A stretch of DNA of 50,424 bases from an uncultured Nocardioidaceae bacterium (GCA_964557235.1 CAZKZQ010000002.1:1-50424), one strand, 5' to 3'. Shown: positions 21,087 to 33,697, counted from the stretch's first letter. Translations and numbers: made by a program. Notes: a model not told the origin generated them from the sequence alone.

Positions 21087-22217
21087 TCAGGAGCGGGGGC
21101 TCGCGCCGACCCGCGGCCGGCGGTCCGGCAGCGGCTGCCACTGGTCGACCAGCCGCTCCTCGAGGTCACGCATCGTCGTGTACTCCAGGTCCTCGAGCGG
21201 GAGCCTGTGCGGCTCGAACGGCCCGTGCCGCCGCAGGTAGTCCATGACCTCGTTGGCCGTCTGGCGGGCCCGGTCGAACGACGGGTCGCCCAGCAGGTCG
21301 CGAGGCATCCCGAGTCGTCCCTCGTGCAGCTGGAACCCGAGCCCCACCACGCGGGGCGGTCCGTCGAACCGGCTCGGGGTGGCGTCGGCGGCGCGCACCG
21401 GCATCAGCGGGGCGTGGTGCGACCCGCGCATGCAGCCGGCCACGGTGTGGGCGAGCGTGAACGGCTCGAGGACCTCGCCCACCGCCGGCAGCCCGGACTG
21501 GCACCGGACCACCATGACCGGGTCGTCCTTGCCGACGTACTTGCCCGCGATCAGCGACAGGCGCTGGGTGCTCGTGGCCGCGGCGGGGATGCCCAGGGCG
21601 CGGGAGGTCACCGAGTGCACGACGTAGCGAGCCGGGGCGCCGATGTACATCAGCAGGTCGTAGGAGTCCTCCGGGCAGTGGAACTCCAGGCGCTTGTCGA
21701 GCATCAGGTCGTAGACCTCGAAGGTGAAGCCCTCGTGCATCGCCTTGTCGATCACCAGGCCGGCCGTGTTGAAGGGGTCGGCGAAGATCTTGTAGAGCGG
21801 GAGGTTCCACGCGCCCGGCTCGGTCTTGTCCGCGAAGAAGCAGATGAGCGGCTCGCTGGGCCTCTCCTCCAGCTCGATCTCGGCGTAGCCGGGCCCCATG
21901 CCCCGCAGGTTGCCGGAGAAGGCGTCGGAGAGCAGGTCCTGGCCGGCGCCGTAGAGCCCGAGCCGCTTGGCGACAGCCGTCGTGGCCTCGAAGACGTTCC
22001 ACGCGAACTCGTGCACGGACGCGGCCTCGATGCCGTGCTCGTGGGTCATCACGAGGGCGAGGTCGTCGCCACAGGTGGCCACGTGGGCGTCCAGGAGCAG
22101 GCCGTCGGCCATCGCCCGCTCGGTGTGGCGCCGTGCCTCCTCGATCTGCTCGGGGTGCACCGAGGAGTGGCCGACCCACCCTCCGGTGTCGGCCTTGATG
22201 ATGCTCAGGGTGGTCAT
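21087..22217 (-). CDS. fbp: Bifunctional fructose-1,6-bisphosphate aldolase/phosphatase (class V FBPase, archaeal type)
   Basis: IIKADTGGWVGH, CGDD, LYGAGQDLLSDAFSGN, ADKTEPGAWN, ADPFNTAGL, GKYVGKDDP (Tyr and Schiff-base Lys), MRGSH, FDGPPR, GPFEPHRL, EYTT. Confidence 0.95.
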   Translation of the reverse strand: MTTLSIIKADTGGWVGHSSVHPEQIEEARRHTERAMADGLLLDAHVATCGDDLALVMTHEHGIEAASVHEFAWNVFEATTAVAKRLGLYGAGQDLLSDAFSGNLRGMGPGYAEIELEERPSEPLICFFADKTEPGAWNLPLYKIFADPFNTAGLVIDKAMHEGFTFEVYDLMLDKRLEFHCPEDSYDLLMYIGAPARYVVHSVTSRALGIPAAATSTQRLSLIAGKYVGKDDPVMVVRCQSGLPAVGEVLEPFTLAHTVAGCMRGSHHAPLMPVRAADATPSRFDGPPRVVGLGFQLHEGRLGMPRDLLGDPSFDRARQTANEVMDYLRRHGPFEPHRLPLEDLEYTTMRDLEERLVDQWQPLPDRRPRVGASPRS

Positions 22218-22504
22218 GGCGTCGACTCCTGTCCTGTGTCGCTCGCGCGTCCGGGTGCCGGGGTCCCGGCCTCGGTGAGATAGGTCGTGCAGGTGGCGAG
22301 GGTGCGCAGGCGCGGGTAGTCGCGCTCCGGCACCGGCCGTCCGAGCGCAGCGCTCAGGGACTCCACGACGGTGAGGAAGTCCAGCGAGTCGAGCTCGAAC
22401 GCTCGCCGCAGGGGCTCGTCCGGTCCCAGGCCGAGGACGTCCGCGTCGGGGACGACGGCCCTGACGGCTCGTTCCACGGCTCGCTGTGCGTCGGTCTCGT
22501 TCAC
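22214..22504 (-). CDS. Acyl carrier / phosphopantetheine-binding protein
   Basis: 96 aa; ELDSLDF phosphopantetheinylation Ser motif; overlaps both neighbours by 4 bp. Confidence 0.88.
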   Translation of the reverse strand: MNETDAQRAVERAVRAVVPDADVLGLGPDEPLRRAFELDSLDFLTVVESLSAALGRPVPERDYPRLRTLATCTTYLTEAGTPAPGRASDTGQESTP

Positions 22505-23664
22505 AGGTCCTCCGGTGCCTGGAGCAGGCGGTCGAGGGTCGAGAGGAACCGCGAGCCGACCATGCCGTCGGTGGCCCGGTGGTCCGCGGACAGAGTGGCG
22601 GTCACGGTCGGCCGCACACCGAGGAGCCCGTCCACGGCCACCGGGCGGTCCATGACGCGACCCAGGCCGACCAGCGCCACCTGCGGTGGATAGATCACGC
22701 CCAGCACGGACTCCACGCCCTGGTCGCCCAGGTCGGTCACGGTCAGCGTCGGGTCGGAGACCTCCGAGGAGCGCAGCCGGCCTGCGCGCGCACGCGTGAC
22801 CAGGTCGCGCAGGGCGGCCATGAGGTCGTCCACCGAGAGGTCCGCGGCGTCGTGGATCGCCGGCGCCACCAGGCCGCCGCCGCGCAGGGAGATCGCGATC
22901 CCCAGGTGGACGCCGGTCGCGGGCACGAACGCTCCGTCGCGCCAGAAGCCGTTGAGCTCGGGGTGGGCGCGCGCGGTCAGCGCCGTCGCCTTGAGCAGCG
23001 CGGCGGCGGGCACGATCCTGCGCGCCACGGGCAGGTCGAGGTTGCGCGCGGTCAGCCAGTCCGTCACCGCACCCAGGTCGATGGTCGACGTGACGTAGTA
23101 GTGCGGCACCTCCCGCTTGGACCTGGCCATGAGGTCCGCGATCGCGGCCCGCATCCGCGTCGCGCCCTCCGGCGGGCCGGCCTGCGGCGGCGGCGGCGAC
23201 GGGGCCGACGGGGCCGAGGGCGCGGCCTGCGCCTCCGCGGCCCGGCGTACGTCGTCGGCGCTCACGCGTCCCTCGCCCGGCAGCGAGTCGAGGTCGATCC
23301 CGAGGTCGGCCGCGAGCCGACGGGCGTGGGGCGTGATCCGGCGACGGTGGCCGACCGTGACCGGCGCGGCCGGCGCGGCCGGCGCGGCAGCCACGGCAGC
23401 AGCGACCGGCGCGGCGCCACCCGTGGGCCGGGCCTCCCCGATCCTCGCCAGCGGCGTGCCCACGGGCACCTGCGTGCCGACCGGGACGAGCAGTTCCTCG
23501 ACGACGCCCTCGGTGAACGTCTCCACCTCGACCGCGGACTTGGAGGTGTCCACGACCGCGACGATGTCGCCGCGGTGCACCACGTCACCGGGCGCGACCA
23601 GCCACTCCACCAAGGTGCCGGAGTCCATGTCCGCGCCCAGCGAGGGCATCGTGAAGTCAGCCAT
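22501..23664 (-). CDS. pdhC: 2-oxoacid dehydrogenase E2 (dihydrolipoamide acyltransferase), single lipoyl domain
   Basis: [18 protein letters not shown] (lipoyl Lys), [15 protein letters not shown] (subunit-binding domain), catalytic ADHRATDG. Confidence 0.92.
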   Translation of the reverse strand: MADFTMPSLGADMDSGTLVEWLVAPGDVVHRGDIVAVVDTSKSAVEVETFTEGVVEELLVPVGTQVPVGTPLARIGEARPTGGAAPVAAAVAAAPAAPAAPVTVGHRRRITPHARRLAADLGIDLDSLPGEGRVSADDVRRAAEAQAAPSAPSAPSPPPPQAGPPEGATRMRAAIADLMARSKREVPHYYVTSTIDLGAVTDWLTARNLDLPVARRIVPAAALLKATALTARAHPELNGFWRDGAFVPATGVHLGIAISLRGGGLVAPAIHDAADLSVDDLMAALRDLVTRARAGRLRSSEVSDPTLTVTDLGDQGVESVLGVIYPPQVALVGLGRVMDRPVAVDGLLGVRPTVTATLSADHRATDGMVGSRFLSTLDRLLQAPEDL

Positions 23665-24658
23665 CGGTGCTCACCACCCGGCGCACCGCCGCGACCACGT
23701 CCTCCACCTGCGGGATCGCCGCGTCCTCCAGCTGCTTGGCGTAGGGGATGGGCACCTCCACCGAGCAGACCCGCTCGACCGGTGCGTCGAGGTCGAAGAA
23801 CGCCTGCTCGAGGATGCGGGCGGTGATCTCCGCCGAGATGCCGCCGCTGCGCCAGCCCTCGTCCACGACGACCGCCCGGTGGGTGCGCCGCACCGAGCCC
23901 ACGAACGTGGCGTCGTCCAGGGGACGCAGGGTGCGCAGGTCGACGACCTCGACGTCCACGCCGTCGTCGGCGAGCCTGGTCGCCGCCTCCATCACCTTGG
24001 GCAGGCTCCCGCCGTAGGTGATCACCGTGACGTCCGTGCCCTGCCGGCGCACGGCCGCGTGGTCGATGTCGACCGGGCCGGCGTCGGGGGCGAGCGTGCC
24101 GCGCGCGTTGTAGAGCGACCCGTGCTCGAACAGCAGCACGGGATCCGGGTCCTCCAGCGCGGTCCACAGCATGCCCCGGGCGTCCTCCAGCGTGGCCGGC
24201 GTCAGCACCCGCAGCCCTGGGATGTGCGCGAGCCAGCCCTCGAGGCTGTGGGAGTGCTGCGCGGCGAGCTGACGGCCCGCACCGGTCGTCATGCGGATCA
24301 CCAGCGGCACGTGGAACTGCCCGCCCGACATGTGCGAGAGGGTCGCCGCGTTGTTCATGATCTGGTCGAGCGCCAGCAGCGCGAAGTTGACCGTCATCAC
24401 CTCGACGACGGGACGCATCCCGGCCACGGCGGCACCGATCCCGGCGCCGACGAAGGCCGACTCCGACAGGGGGGTGTCCCGCACCCGCTCGGGCCCGAAC
24501 TCCTCGAGCAGGCCGAGGCTGACCGCGAAGCACCCGCCGTACCGTCCGACGTCCTCGCCCATGAGGAACACCCGCTCGTCACGCTGCAGCGCGTCCCTCA
24601 GCGCCGCACGCATGGCCTCGCGGTAGGTGAGCTCCTGGACGGCGGTGTCGCCGGTCAT
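23657..24658 (-). CDS. pdhB: 2-oxoacid (pyruvate) dehydrogenase E1 beta
   Basis: ATG 24658; [44 protein letters not shown]. Confidence 0.93.
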   Translation of the reverse strand: MTGDTAVQELTYREAMRAALRDALQRDERVFLMGEDVGRYGGCFAVSLGLLEEFGPERVRDTPLSESAFVGAGIGAAVAGMRPVVEVMTVNFALLALDQIMNNAATLSHMSGGQFHVPLVIRMTTGAGRQLAAQHSHSLEGWLAHIPGLRVLTPATLEDARGMLWTALEDPDPVLLFEHGSLYNARGTLAPDAGPVDIDHAAVRRQGTDVTVITYGGSLPKVMEAATRLADDGVDVEVVDLRTLRPLDDATFVGSVRRTHRAVVVDEGWRSGGISAEITARILEQAFFDLDAPVERVCSVEVPIPYAKQLEDAAIPQVEDVVAAVRRVVSTDG

Positions 24659-25643
24659 GGCCGCGATCCCTCCGGCTCGAAGCCGAGGAAGCGGGTCAGG
24701 TCGGCGACCGGTTCGACGGGTGCGGCCTCGGCTGCCGCGACCGCGGCCTCGATGGTGCGGCCGACCTCCTGCTCGAGCGCCTCCAGACCGGCGTCGTCGA
24801 GCAGCCCGGCGGCACGCAGCCGCTCGGTCTGGGTGGTGAGCGGGTCGCGCTCGCGCCAGCGCGCGACCTCTGCCTTGTCGCGGTAGCGGTCGGGGTCGTA
24901 CATCGAGTGCGCGCGGAAGCGATAGGTGCGCAGCTCCAGGAACACCGGGCCTCCGCCGGCGCGGACGGCCGCGACGGCCCTGCGCGCCGCCTCCTCGACC
25001 GCCTCCACGTCCATGCCGTCGACCGCCTCGGCCGTCATCCCGTAGTCCGCGGCGCGGGTCACCAGGTCGGTCCTCGCGTGCGTCACCGCGAGCGCGGTCC
25101 CCATCGCATAGAGGTTGTTCTCGCAGCAGAACAGCACCGGCAGCTGCCAGCGGGCGGCGAGGTTCATCGACTCGTGGAACTCGCCCTCGGCGACCGCGCC
25201 GTCGCCGAAGAAGCAGGCCGTCACCCGCTCCAGCCCGCGCATCCGGTCGGCCAGGGCGAGCCCGACCGCGACCGGCAGCCCCCCGGCGACGATCGCGTTG
25301 CCGCCGACGAAGCGGGTCGCCGCGTCGAACAGGTGCATCGAGCCGCCGCGGCCACGGCTGCAGCCCGTGCTGCGGCCGAACATCTCCGCCATGACCGCGT
25401 CCGGGTGGACGCCCCGGGCCAGGGCGTGGCCGTGCTCGCGATAGGTCGCGACGAGCCAGTCCTCGGGTCCCAGCGCCCCGACCACCCCGGTCGCCACGGC
25501 CTCCTCCCCGACGTACAGGTGCAGGAAGCCGCGGATCCGCGTGGCGCTGTAGAGCTCGGCGCACCGCTCCTCGAAGCGGCGGATGAGCAGCATGGTCCGC
25601 AGCAGGTCGGTGCGGTGACCGGCCTGCTGCGGCGTGGTCGCGG

Positions 25644-25647
<4 letters not shown>
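24655..25647 (-). CDS. pdhA: Pyruvate dehydrogenase E1 alpha
   Basis: ATG 25647; [30 protein letters not shown] motif [16 protein letters not shown]. Confidence 0.94.
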
Positions 25648-27415
<1,768 letters not shown>

Positions 27416-27419
<4 letters not shown>

Positions 27420-28438
27420 CGCGTGCTCCCGGGCCCACCCGTCGTGCGCCGCGCGATGCGGACCGCGGTGAGGACCAGGCCTCCGCCTGCGACCAGGAGG
27501 ACGTAGGGCGCGACCTGGCTGTCGGGGAACCACCGCGTCAGGGCGGCGGGGATGCTCTGCAGGACGCCGAGGGTGCCCACCGCGAGGAGCAGCAGGTCGC
27601 GCTGGTGCACGGCCACGCCCACGACGGCCGCGACCGTGAGGAGCATGAGGACCATGCCCGCGTCCGACCCCGCGGTCGTCATGGCCCCGACGATGGCCAG
27701 CATGGCGCCCGCGGGGAGGGCGAGGCGCGCGGAGCCCACCAGGCCGCGCCACGCGAGGACCGACCACACCGCGCCGGTGACCAGGACGCCGACCCCGGGC
27801 AGGTCGTCGGACACGCCCATCGCGTCGATCGAGGTCGCGGCGGTCACGGCGATCGCCACCATCGCGACGGCCTGCTGGCCGATCGTGCGGTGCGCCGCCC
27901 ACAGGGCGCAGGCGTAGGCCGCCGTGCCGGCCGAGGTGGTGGTCGCGATCGCATGGTCCCCCAGGTCCAGGGCCTGGTCGGTCAGGATCGCGAGGAATCC
28001 CGCCAGGGCGACCGTCGAGACGATCCAGAGGGTGGCGCGGAGCCTGACCCCAACGTCCTCGAGCCGACCGGGCACCGCCCGACCCGCGGCGAGGGGCACG
28101 AGGACCGCGAGGCCCACGACGAGCAGACGGAGGCCGGTGGCGAGGTCGTCCCAGCTCTGGGCAGCGATCGCGAAGACGGCGATGACGACGATGACGCCGC
28201 CGAGGTAGCCCAGCGCCTCCACGGCGACGGAGCCGCCGCGCTGCGGTGGTGGAGCAGGGGGCGCGCCTCGCAGGTCTGCGAGCATCAGCGCCCCCTGCTC
28301 ACGGGTGACGATCCCGGCGGACACCCAGCGCTCGACCAGGGGTGCCACGCTGGCCTCGTGCGGGTGGGGATGCCGCTGGGTCGGGACCGCGGCGCCGGCG
28401 TCCCGCTCGCGGTGGGTCCTCACCTGGCGGATGTCCAT
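27416..28438 (-). CDS. Multi-pass membrane protein, DUF2157-like (~340 aa)
   Basis: ATG 28438 after GGGGAGG; [23 protein letters not shown]-terminal signature, then ~9 hydrophobic segments. Confidence 0.8.
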
Positions 28439-28460
28439 CGGCACCTCCCCTCTCCCTGGC

Positions 28461-28526
28461 AGCCTCTGCCCGGCCGCCGTGCCGGGTGCAGGGCCGGTCG
28501 TCACCGCCGTCAGGGCCTGGTGGCAG
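28461..28526 (-). promoter_or_regulatory. Tandem DosR-type boxes and -10 heading the acs-pdh-ACP-fbp-pps operon
   Basis: AGGGCC-GGTC-GTCAC (28490-28504) and AGGGCC-TGGT-GGCAG (28512-28526), 22 bp apart; GAGGCT -10 (minus, 28461-28466). Confidence 0.72.
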
Positions 28527-29352
28527 GTCCCCGGCGCGGATCGGGTTCGGGCACGACCGCGACCGGTCCGTGGGCGCGGTCGACGACCGAGGACGTGACG
28601 GAGCCCTGGAGCAGCCGGGAGACGGCGGTGCCGGGGTGGCGGCCGACGACGACGAGGCTCCACCCGTCCTCAGGAGGCGACAGCGCGTCCTCGGCGAACC
28701 CGTGCTTGAGGACCAGGTCCACCCGCACGTCGGGGAACCGCTCCCTCATCCCGGCGACCGACTCCCCGAGCACGACCCGCAGGCTCTCCAGGTCGGGCTC
28801 GCCCACCTCGCGCCCCCGCGCCAGCTGCTGCTGGGCGACGGCAGCCGAGGCGCCCCAGAAGCCGTGCAGGACGGTCAGGGGCTCGCCGTGCAGGTCGGCC
28901 TGCTCGAAGGCGAACTCGACGACGGGCAGCGACCCCGGCGTGCCGTCGGCACCCACGACGATGCCGGCGGTGGGCCGGTCCAGCGGCGGCCGGCACACCA
29001 CGGCGGGGCAGGCGGCGTGGTCCGCGACCGCCGCGCTGACCGATCCCAGGACCAGGCCCCGCACGGCGCCCATGCCCCGGGAGCCCACCACGACGAGGTG
29101 GGCCCGCTCCGAGGCGTCGAGGAGCACTTCGCGCGGATCGCCCCTGCCCGGCTCGCTCCGCACGGTCACGCTCGGGTACGCCGTCGCGACGGTGTGCGCC
29201 GCAGCGTCCACGATCGCCGGGGCGTCGTGCCCCACGGCGACGAGCGTCACGGGCCGGCGCTCGAGCGACGCCTGCCTGCCTGCCCAGTCGAGCGCGCGGT
29301 CGGCATGGACCGACCCGTCGAGCCCGACGACGATGGTTCCGTCGACGGTCAT
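28510..29352 (-). CDS. Universal stress protein (tandem USP domains)
   Basis: ATG 29352; IVVGLDGS, VVGSRGMG..LGSVS, IVVGADGT, LLQGSVT..GPVAVVP. Confidence 0.92.
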   Translation of the reverse strand: MTVDGTIVVGLDGSVHADRALDWAGRQASLERRPVTLVAVGHDAPAIVDAAAHTVATAYPSVTVRSEPGRGDPREVLLDASERAHLVVVGSRGMGAVRGLVLGSVSAAVADHAACPAVVCRPPLDRPTAGIVVGADGTPGSLPVVEFAFEQADLHGEPLTVLHGFWGASAAVAQQQLARGREVGEPDLESLRVVLGESVAGMRERFPDVRVDLVLKHGFAEDALSPPEDGWSLVVVGRHPGTAVSRLLQGSVTSSVVDRAHGPVAVVPEPDPRRGPATRP

Positions 29353-32033
29353 GGGGACCTCTCCTCCTGCATCATGCGTCTGCTCCGCTTCTCGACGGAG
29401 ACGACCACTCCCGCCAGCAGCGCGATCAGGGCGATGCGCAGCCAGGCCGCTCCGCCGAGGGGGGCGGTGTGGAACACCGCGCCGAGGTGCGGCTCGTAGG
29501 TGAGGAGCGCCTGCCCCGCGCACTGCACGGCGATCCCGAGGACCACCCAGGGGTTGGACCACACTCCGACCCGCCGCACCGAGCCGGTCAGCGAGCGGCA
29601 GCTGATCAGGTAGACCGCCTGCACGGCGACGAACAGGTTCAGCGCGGCCGTGCGCGCCTGGTCCAGCGAGGCACCCCGCGACCGCTCCCACTCGAACAGC
29701 CACCAGGACCCCGCCACGAGGAGCAGGCACACCAGCGCGATCCGCACCATCAGCGACCTCGTCAGGAGGGGTTGGGCCGGGTCGCGGGGCCGCCTGGTCA
29801 TGAGGCCCGCCTCCTTGGGCTCGAAGGCGAGCATCAGGCCCAGGGCCACCGCGGTGGTCATGTTGATCCAGAGGATCTGCGTGGGCAGGATCGGCAGCGC
29901 GGTCCCGAGCGCGATCGCGACGACGATGACCAGCCCCTCAGCGAGGTTGGTGGGCAGCGTCCAGGCGATGAACTTGGTCAGGTTGTCGAAGACCCCCCGC
30001 CCCTCCTCGACGGCGGCCTCGATGGTGGCGAAGTCGTCGTCGGTGAGCACCATGTCCGCGGCGTCCTCGGCGACGGCCGTGCCGATCCCACCCATGGCGA
30101 CGCCGATGTCGGCACGCCGCAGGGCAGGGGCGTCGTTGACGCCGTCGCCGGTCATCGCCACCACGTGACCGCGTTCCTGCAGGGCCTGGACCAGCTGCAG
30201 CTTCTGTCCCGGTGAGACCCTCGCGAACACGCGGGCACGCTCGACCGCCTCCGGCAGCCGGTCCGGCGGGAGTGCGGCCAGCTCGGCGCCCGTCAGGACG
30301 TCCGGGGCACCGCGCTCCGTGCCACCGAGGAGACCCACCTGCCTGGCGATGGCGGCCGCCGTGGAGGCGTGGTCCCCGGTGATCATCTTGACCGCGATGC
30401 CCGCGGCCAGGCAGGCCGAGACGGCTCTCGCGGCGGCCTCCCGGGGCGGGTCCTGCATCGCCTGCAGGCCGGTCAGCACGAGCGGGCGCGGCAGGCGGTC
30501 CTCGTCGAGGTGCGGGTGCTCGGGGTCCACCACGACCGTCGGCACCACGGCTGTCGCCAGGACCCTGAGTCCCTGGTCGGCGAGCTCGGCGACCGCCGCC
30601 TCCACCCGTCGTACGTCGAGGGGGGCGATCGTGCCGTCGGCGCGGAGGTGGCCCGACGACCTCGCCAGGACCTGCTCGACCGCTCCCTTGACCAGCACGA
30701 CCCCTGTCGCGGGGTCCGTCGCCTCCACGTCCCGGTGGAGGGTCGCCATGAAGCCACGCGCGTGGCCGAACGGGATCGTGGCCACGCGCGGGTAGCGCGC
30801 CGCGAGCCCGTCGACCGCGAGTCCTGCCGTGGTGGCCGCAGCCACCATCGCCGCCTCGGTGGGGTCGGTCGGTGCTGCCGACGTGCCCTCGTGGCACAGG
30901 GCGCCACAGACCAGCGACCAGCGCAGGGCCCGGTCATCGGCGGCGAGCGCGCCGGCAGCGTCGGCAGCGTCGGCCAGCGGGTGGGCGCCGGAGTCCGTCC
31001 ACACCGTGCGGACCCTCATCCGGTTCTCGGTCAGCGTCCCGGTCTTGTCGGTGCAGATCACGGTCGTGCTGCCGAGCGTCTCGACGACGGGCAGCCGTCG
31101 GACGACGGCCCGCCGACGGGCCATGCGGGTCACGCCGATCGCGAGCGTGATGGTCACCGCCGCCGGCAGCCCTTCGGGGATCGCGCCGACGGCGAGCGCG
31201 ACGGCTGCGGTCACGCTGCTGCTGAGCGCCTGTCCTCGCAGGAGACCGACCCCGACGGTCAGGGCCGCCAGCCCCAGGATCGCGACGGTGAGCTGGCGGC
31301 TGAAGGCGTCCAGCTTGCGCGTCAGGGGGGTGGCGAGCGGGTGGGCCGTGGCCACCAGCCGGTGGATCGCACCGAGCTCGGTCCGGGTCCCGGTGGCCAC
31401 CACCGTGCCCGCCGCGCTGCCGTGGACCACCAGGGTGCCGGCGTGCGCCAGGTCGGCCCGGTCCGCGAGCGGGGTGTCCTCGGGGAGCGCCTCGGACTGC
31501 TTGGGCACGGGCACCGACTCGCCGGTCAGGTTCGACTCGTCGACGAGGAGCTCCTCGACGTGGACCAGCCCCAGGTCGGCGGGCACCGCGTCCCCGGCCC
31601 GGAGGAGCACGAGGTCGCCCGGGACCAGCTCCTCGGCGTCCACCACCTCCTCACGGCCGGAGCGGACCACCGTCGCCCGGGTGTGCACCAGGCTGCGCAG
31701 GGCGTCGAGGGCCGACTCGGCCCGGGTCTCCTGGAGGAAGCCCACGACGGCGTTGACCACCACGACCGCCGCGATGACCAGGGAGTCGACGTAGGCCCCG
31801 AGCCCCGCGGTGAGCAGGGCGGCGAGGACGAGCACGCGGACGAGCGGGTTGTCGAGCTGGCTCGCCAGGGCGCGGAGCGGTCCCCGCCGAGCCGGCGACG
31901 GCAGCGTGTTGGGGCCCCATCGCTCGAGACGAGCGGCGGCCTCCTCCCGCGTGAGACCGACGGGCTCCGGTCGCGGGTCCGTCAGGACGCGGGACGGGTC
32001 CGGCACCGGGCCGCGCTCAGTCGGGCCGGTCAC
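29349..32033 (-). CDS. ctpF: P-type cation-transporting ATPase, CtpF-like (~894 aa)
   Basis: GTG 32033 after GGAGGG; LTGES, IPEGLP, DKTGTLT, KGAVE, MITGDH, TGDGVNDAP; LPTQILWINMTTA..AFEPKEAG recalled as typical of mycobacterial CtpF. Confidence 0.9.
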   Translation of the reverse strand: MTGPTERGPVPDPSRVLTDPRPEPVGLTREEAAARLERWGPNTLPSPARRGPLRALASQLDNPLVRVLVLAALLTAGLGAYVDSLVIAAVVVVNAVVGFLQETRAESALDALRSLVHTRATVVRSGREEVVDAEELVPGDLVLLRAGDAVPADLGLVHVEELLVDESNLTGESVPVPKQSEALPEDTPLADRADLAHAGTLVVHGSAAGTVVATGTRTELGAIHRLVATAHPLATPLTRKLDAFSRQLTVAILGLAALTVGVGLLRGQALSSSVTAAVALAVGAIPEGLPAAVTITLAIGVTRMARRRAVVRRLPVVETLGSTTVICTDKTGTLTENRMRVRTVWTDSGAHPLADAADAAGALAADDRALRWSLVCGALCHEGTSAAPTDPTEAAMVAAATTAGLAVDGLAARYPRVATIPFGHARGFMATLHRDVEATDPATGVVLVKGAVEQVLARSSGHLRADGTIAPLDVRRVEAAVAELADQGLRVLATAVVPTVVVDPEHPHLDEDRLPRPLVLTGLQAMQDPPREAAARAVSACLAAGIAVKMITGDHASTAAAIARQVGLLGGTERGAPDVLTGAELAALPPDRLPEAVERARVFARVSPGQKLQLVQALQERGHVVAMTGDGVNDAPALRRADIGVAMGGIGTAVAEDAADMVLTDDDFATIEAAVEEGRGVFDNLTKFIAWTLPTNLAEGLVIVVAIALGTALPILPTQILWINMTTAVALGLMLAFEPKEAGLMTRRPRDPAQPLLTRSLMVRIALVCLLLVAGSWWLFEWERSRGASLDQARTAALNLFVAVQAVYLISCRSLTGSVRRVGVWSNPWVVLGIAVQCAGQALLTYEPHLGAVFHTAPLGGAAWLRIALIALLAGVVVSVEKRSRRMMQEERSP

Positions 32034-33669
32034 GAGTCCCCTCCATGTAGCGCTGGCGCACGAGGTCGCAGACCTCGTTGCGCGCCTGGTCGACGGCCCG
32101 GGACTGCCGGCCGACCAGGTCCCGCTCGATCGAGGCCAGCTCGCCCGCGAGCTGCTCGTCGGCCACCGAGCCGCGCACCCACCGCGAGAAGTCCCCACGC
32201 AGGAGGTGGAACTGCACGTCCGCGAGGTCCGCGTGCAGCAGCCGGTGGACGAAGTCCTGCATCGAGCCCACCCCTCGCCCGGACGGGTCCCCGCGGAAGA
32301 CGAAGCGGCGGTCGGGCGACATGGGCACGGCGGCGTACTTGTGCCAGTGCCGGACGTGGCTGCTCGACCGGGCACCGATGCTGAAGGACCGGGTCATGCC
32401 CGCGGCCAGCAGGAGTGCGCGGGCCGAGGGTGCCTCGGGCCCGGTCGGTGGTGGGCCGAGGACCGTGATGGTGAAGTCCATCTCGCGGAGGACGCTCTCG
32501 GGCAGCTGCTCCGGGTGCCAGGAGACCAGGCAGGTCCCGATCTGGGTCGCCTGCGCCTCGGTCGGGCCGGTCGCCCCTTGCGCCTCGTCGTAGATCACCC
32601 AGTGCGGTCGGCCGTGGCGCATCCGCTCCGACGCCACCGCCTCCGGCAGCCGGGTGAGGAACTCCTCCTGCTCACGCTCCCGCAGGAGGGACAGGTCGAG
32701 CACCAGGCTCGACCCGGGGAGGCCCAGTGGGGACAGGCAGTCGTGCACGCGCGCGTCCGGCTGCACGTCGACGAAGTGCACGTCCGGCCGCTCCGCCAGG
32801 CCGGCGTGGTCGCCCTCGGGGTCCACGACGAGCACGGTGTAGCCGGCGTCGAGCCACCGCTCGGCGAGCAGGCCGGCGAGGTAGCTCTTGCCGCTGCCGC
32901 TCGCGCCACCGACGAGGATGCGCGCCTGCGAGCCCGGGAGCGTCGTCGGGAGCTCGTTCTCGAAGGACCCGATCGTGATCCATCGCCGGGGCGGGCACAG
33001 GCGCTGGTGGGAGCGCAGCAGGGGGCCCTCCAGCAGCTCCACGACCCCCTCGGGCCCCGGCCGTGACGCCACCAGGTCGGCACGTTCGGCCAGCGAGGGC
33101 ACGGCGTCGGCGACCGCCACCCCGACCTCGGCCGCGCGCAGCAGGCTCAGGTCGTTCTCCGCGTCCCCGACGGCGATCGCGTTGTGGGCGGACAGCCCCA
33201 GGGACGCCAGGGCCCAGCGCAGACCGGTGCCCTTGGTGACGCCGGCGGGGATGACCATCGCGGCCCCGCGGTTGTGCACCACCTGGTGGTCGAGGCCGAG
33301 CCCGGCGAGGACCTCGACCGTCCGTGGCCCGTCCCGCCCGGAGATCTCGAGCAGGACCTCCCCCCGGCGGAAGCCGATGCTGTTGCTCTCCAGGGCCGCG
33401 GTGAGGACGGGGTCCACCGGCTCGGCCAGGAGCCGGGCGTCGCCGTGGTCGCCGAGCACGGCGCCGTTCTCCGTGACCACGACGTCGAAGCGCTCCGCGA
33501 GGCCGGGGAACACCCGGTCGAGCTCGGCCCGGATCCGTCCCGTGACGAGCACCAGCGCGCGTTCCTTGTGCGCGGTCTCCAGGGCCGCGAGCACCCGATC
33601 GTGGACGTGGTCGTCCCGGGCCAGCGTGCCGTCGAGGTCGCAGGCCACAGCGCGGAACCACCAGACCAC
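32017..33669 (-). CDS. HAD (Cof/IIB-type) hydrolase fused to a P-loop NTPase and a small C-terminal helical domain (DUF5752-like)
   Basis: DLDGTL, VTGR, GVTKGTG, GDAEND (HAD motifs I-IV); GASGSGKS, VVDPEGD, WVIYDEAQ (Walker A/B); FHLLRGDFSRWVR. Confidence 0.85.
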   Translation of the reverse strand: MVWWFRAVACDLDGTLARDDHVHDRVLAALETAHKERALVLVTGRIRAELDRVFPGLAERFDVVVTENGAVLGDHGDARLLAEPVDPVLTAALESNSIGFRRGEVLLEISGRDGPRTVEVLAGLGLDHQVVHNRGAAMVIPAGVTKGTGLRWALASLGLSAHNAIAVGDAENDLSLLRAAEVGVAVADAVPSLAERADLVASRPGPEGVVELLEGPLLRSHQRLCPPRRWITIGSFENELPTTLPGSQARILVGGASGSGKSYLAGLLAERWLDAGYTVLVVDPEGDHAGLAERPDVHFVDVQPDARVHDCLSPLGLPGSSLVLDLSLLREREQEEFLTRLPEAVASERMRHGRPHWVIYDEAQGATGPTEAQATQIGTCLVSWHPEQLPESVLREMDFTITVLGPPPTGPEAPSARALLLAAGMTRSFSIGARSSSHVRHWHKYAAVPMSPDRRFVFRGDPSGRGVGSMQDFVHRLLHADLADVQFHLLRGDFSRWVRGSVADEQLAGELASIERDLVGRQSRAVDQARNEVCDLVRQRYMEGTRDRPD

Positions 33670-33697
33670 CGGGGCCTCCTCACCTCGATCGTTCAGC

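Noticed and set aside
23180-23420. 9-bp tandem repeats (CCGGCGCGG x3; GACGGGGCC-like)
   Set aside because: They encode the Ala/Pro linkers of E2; not CRISPR or regulatory repeats.
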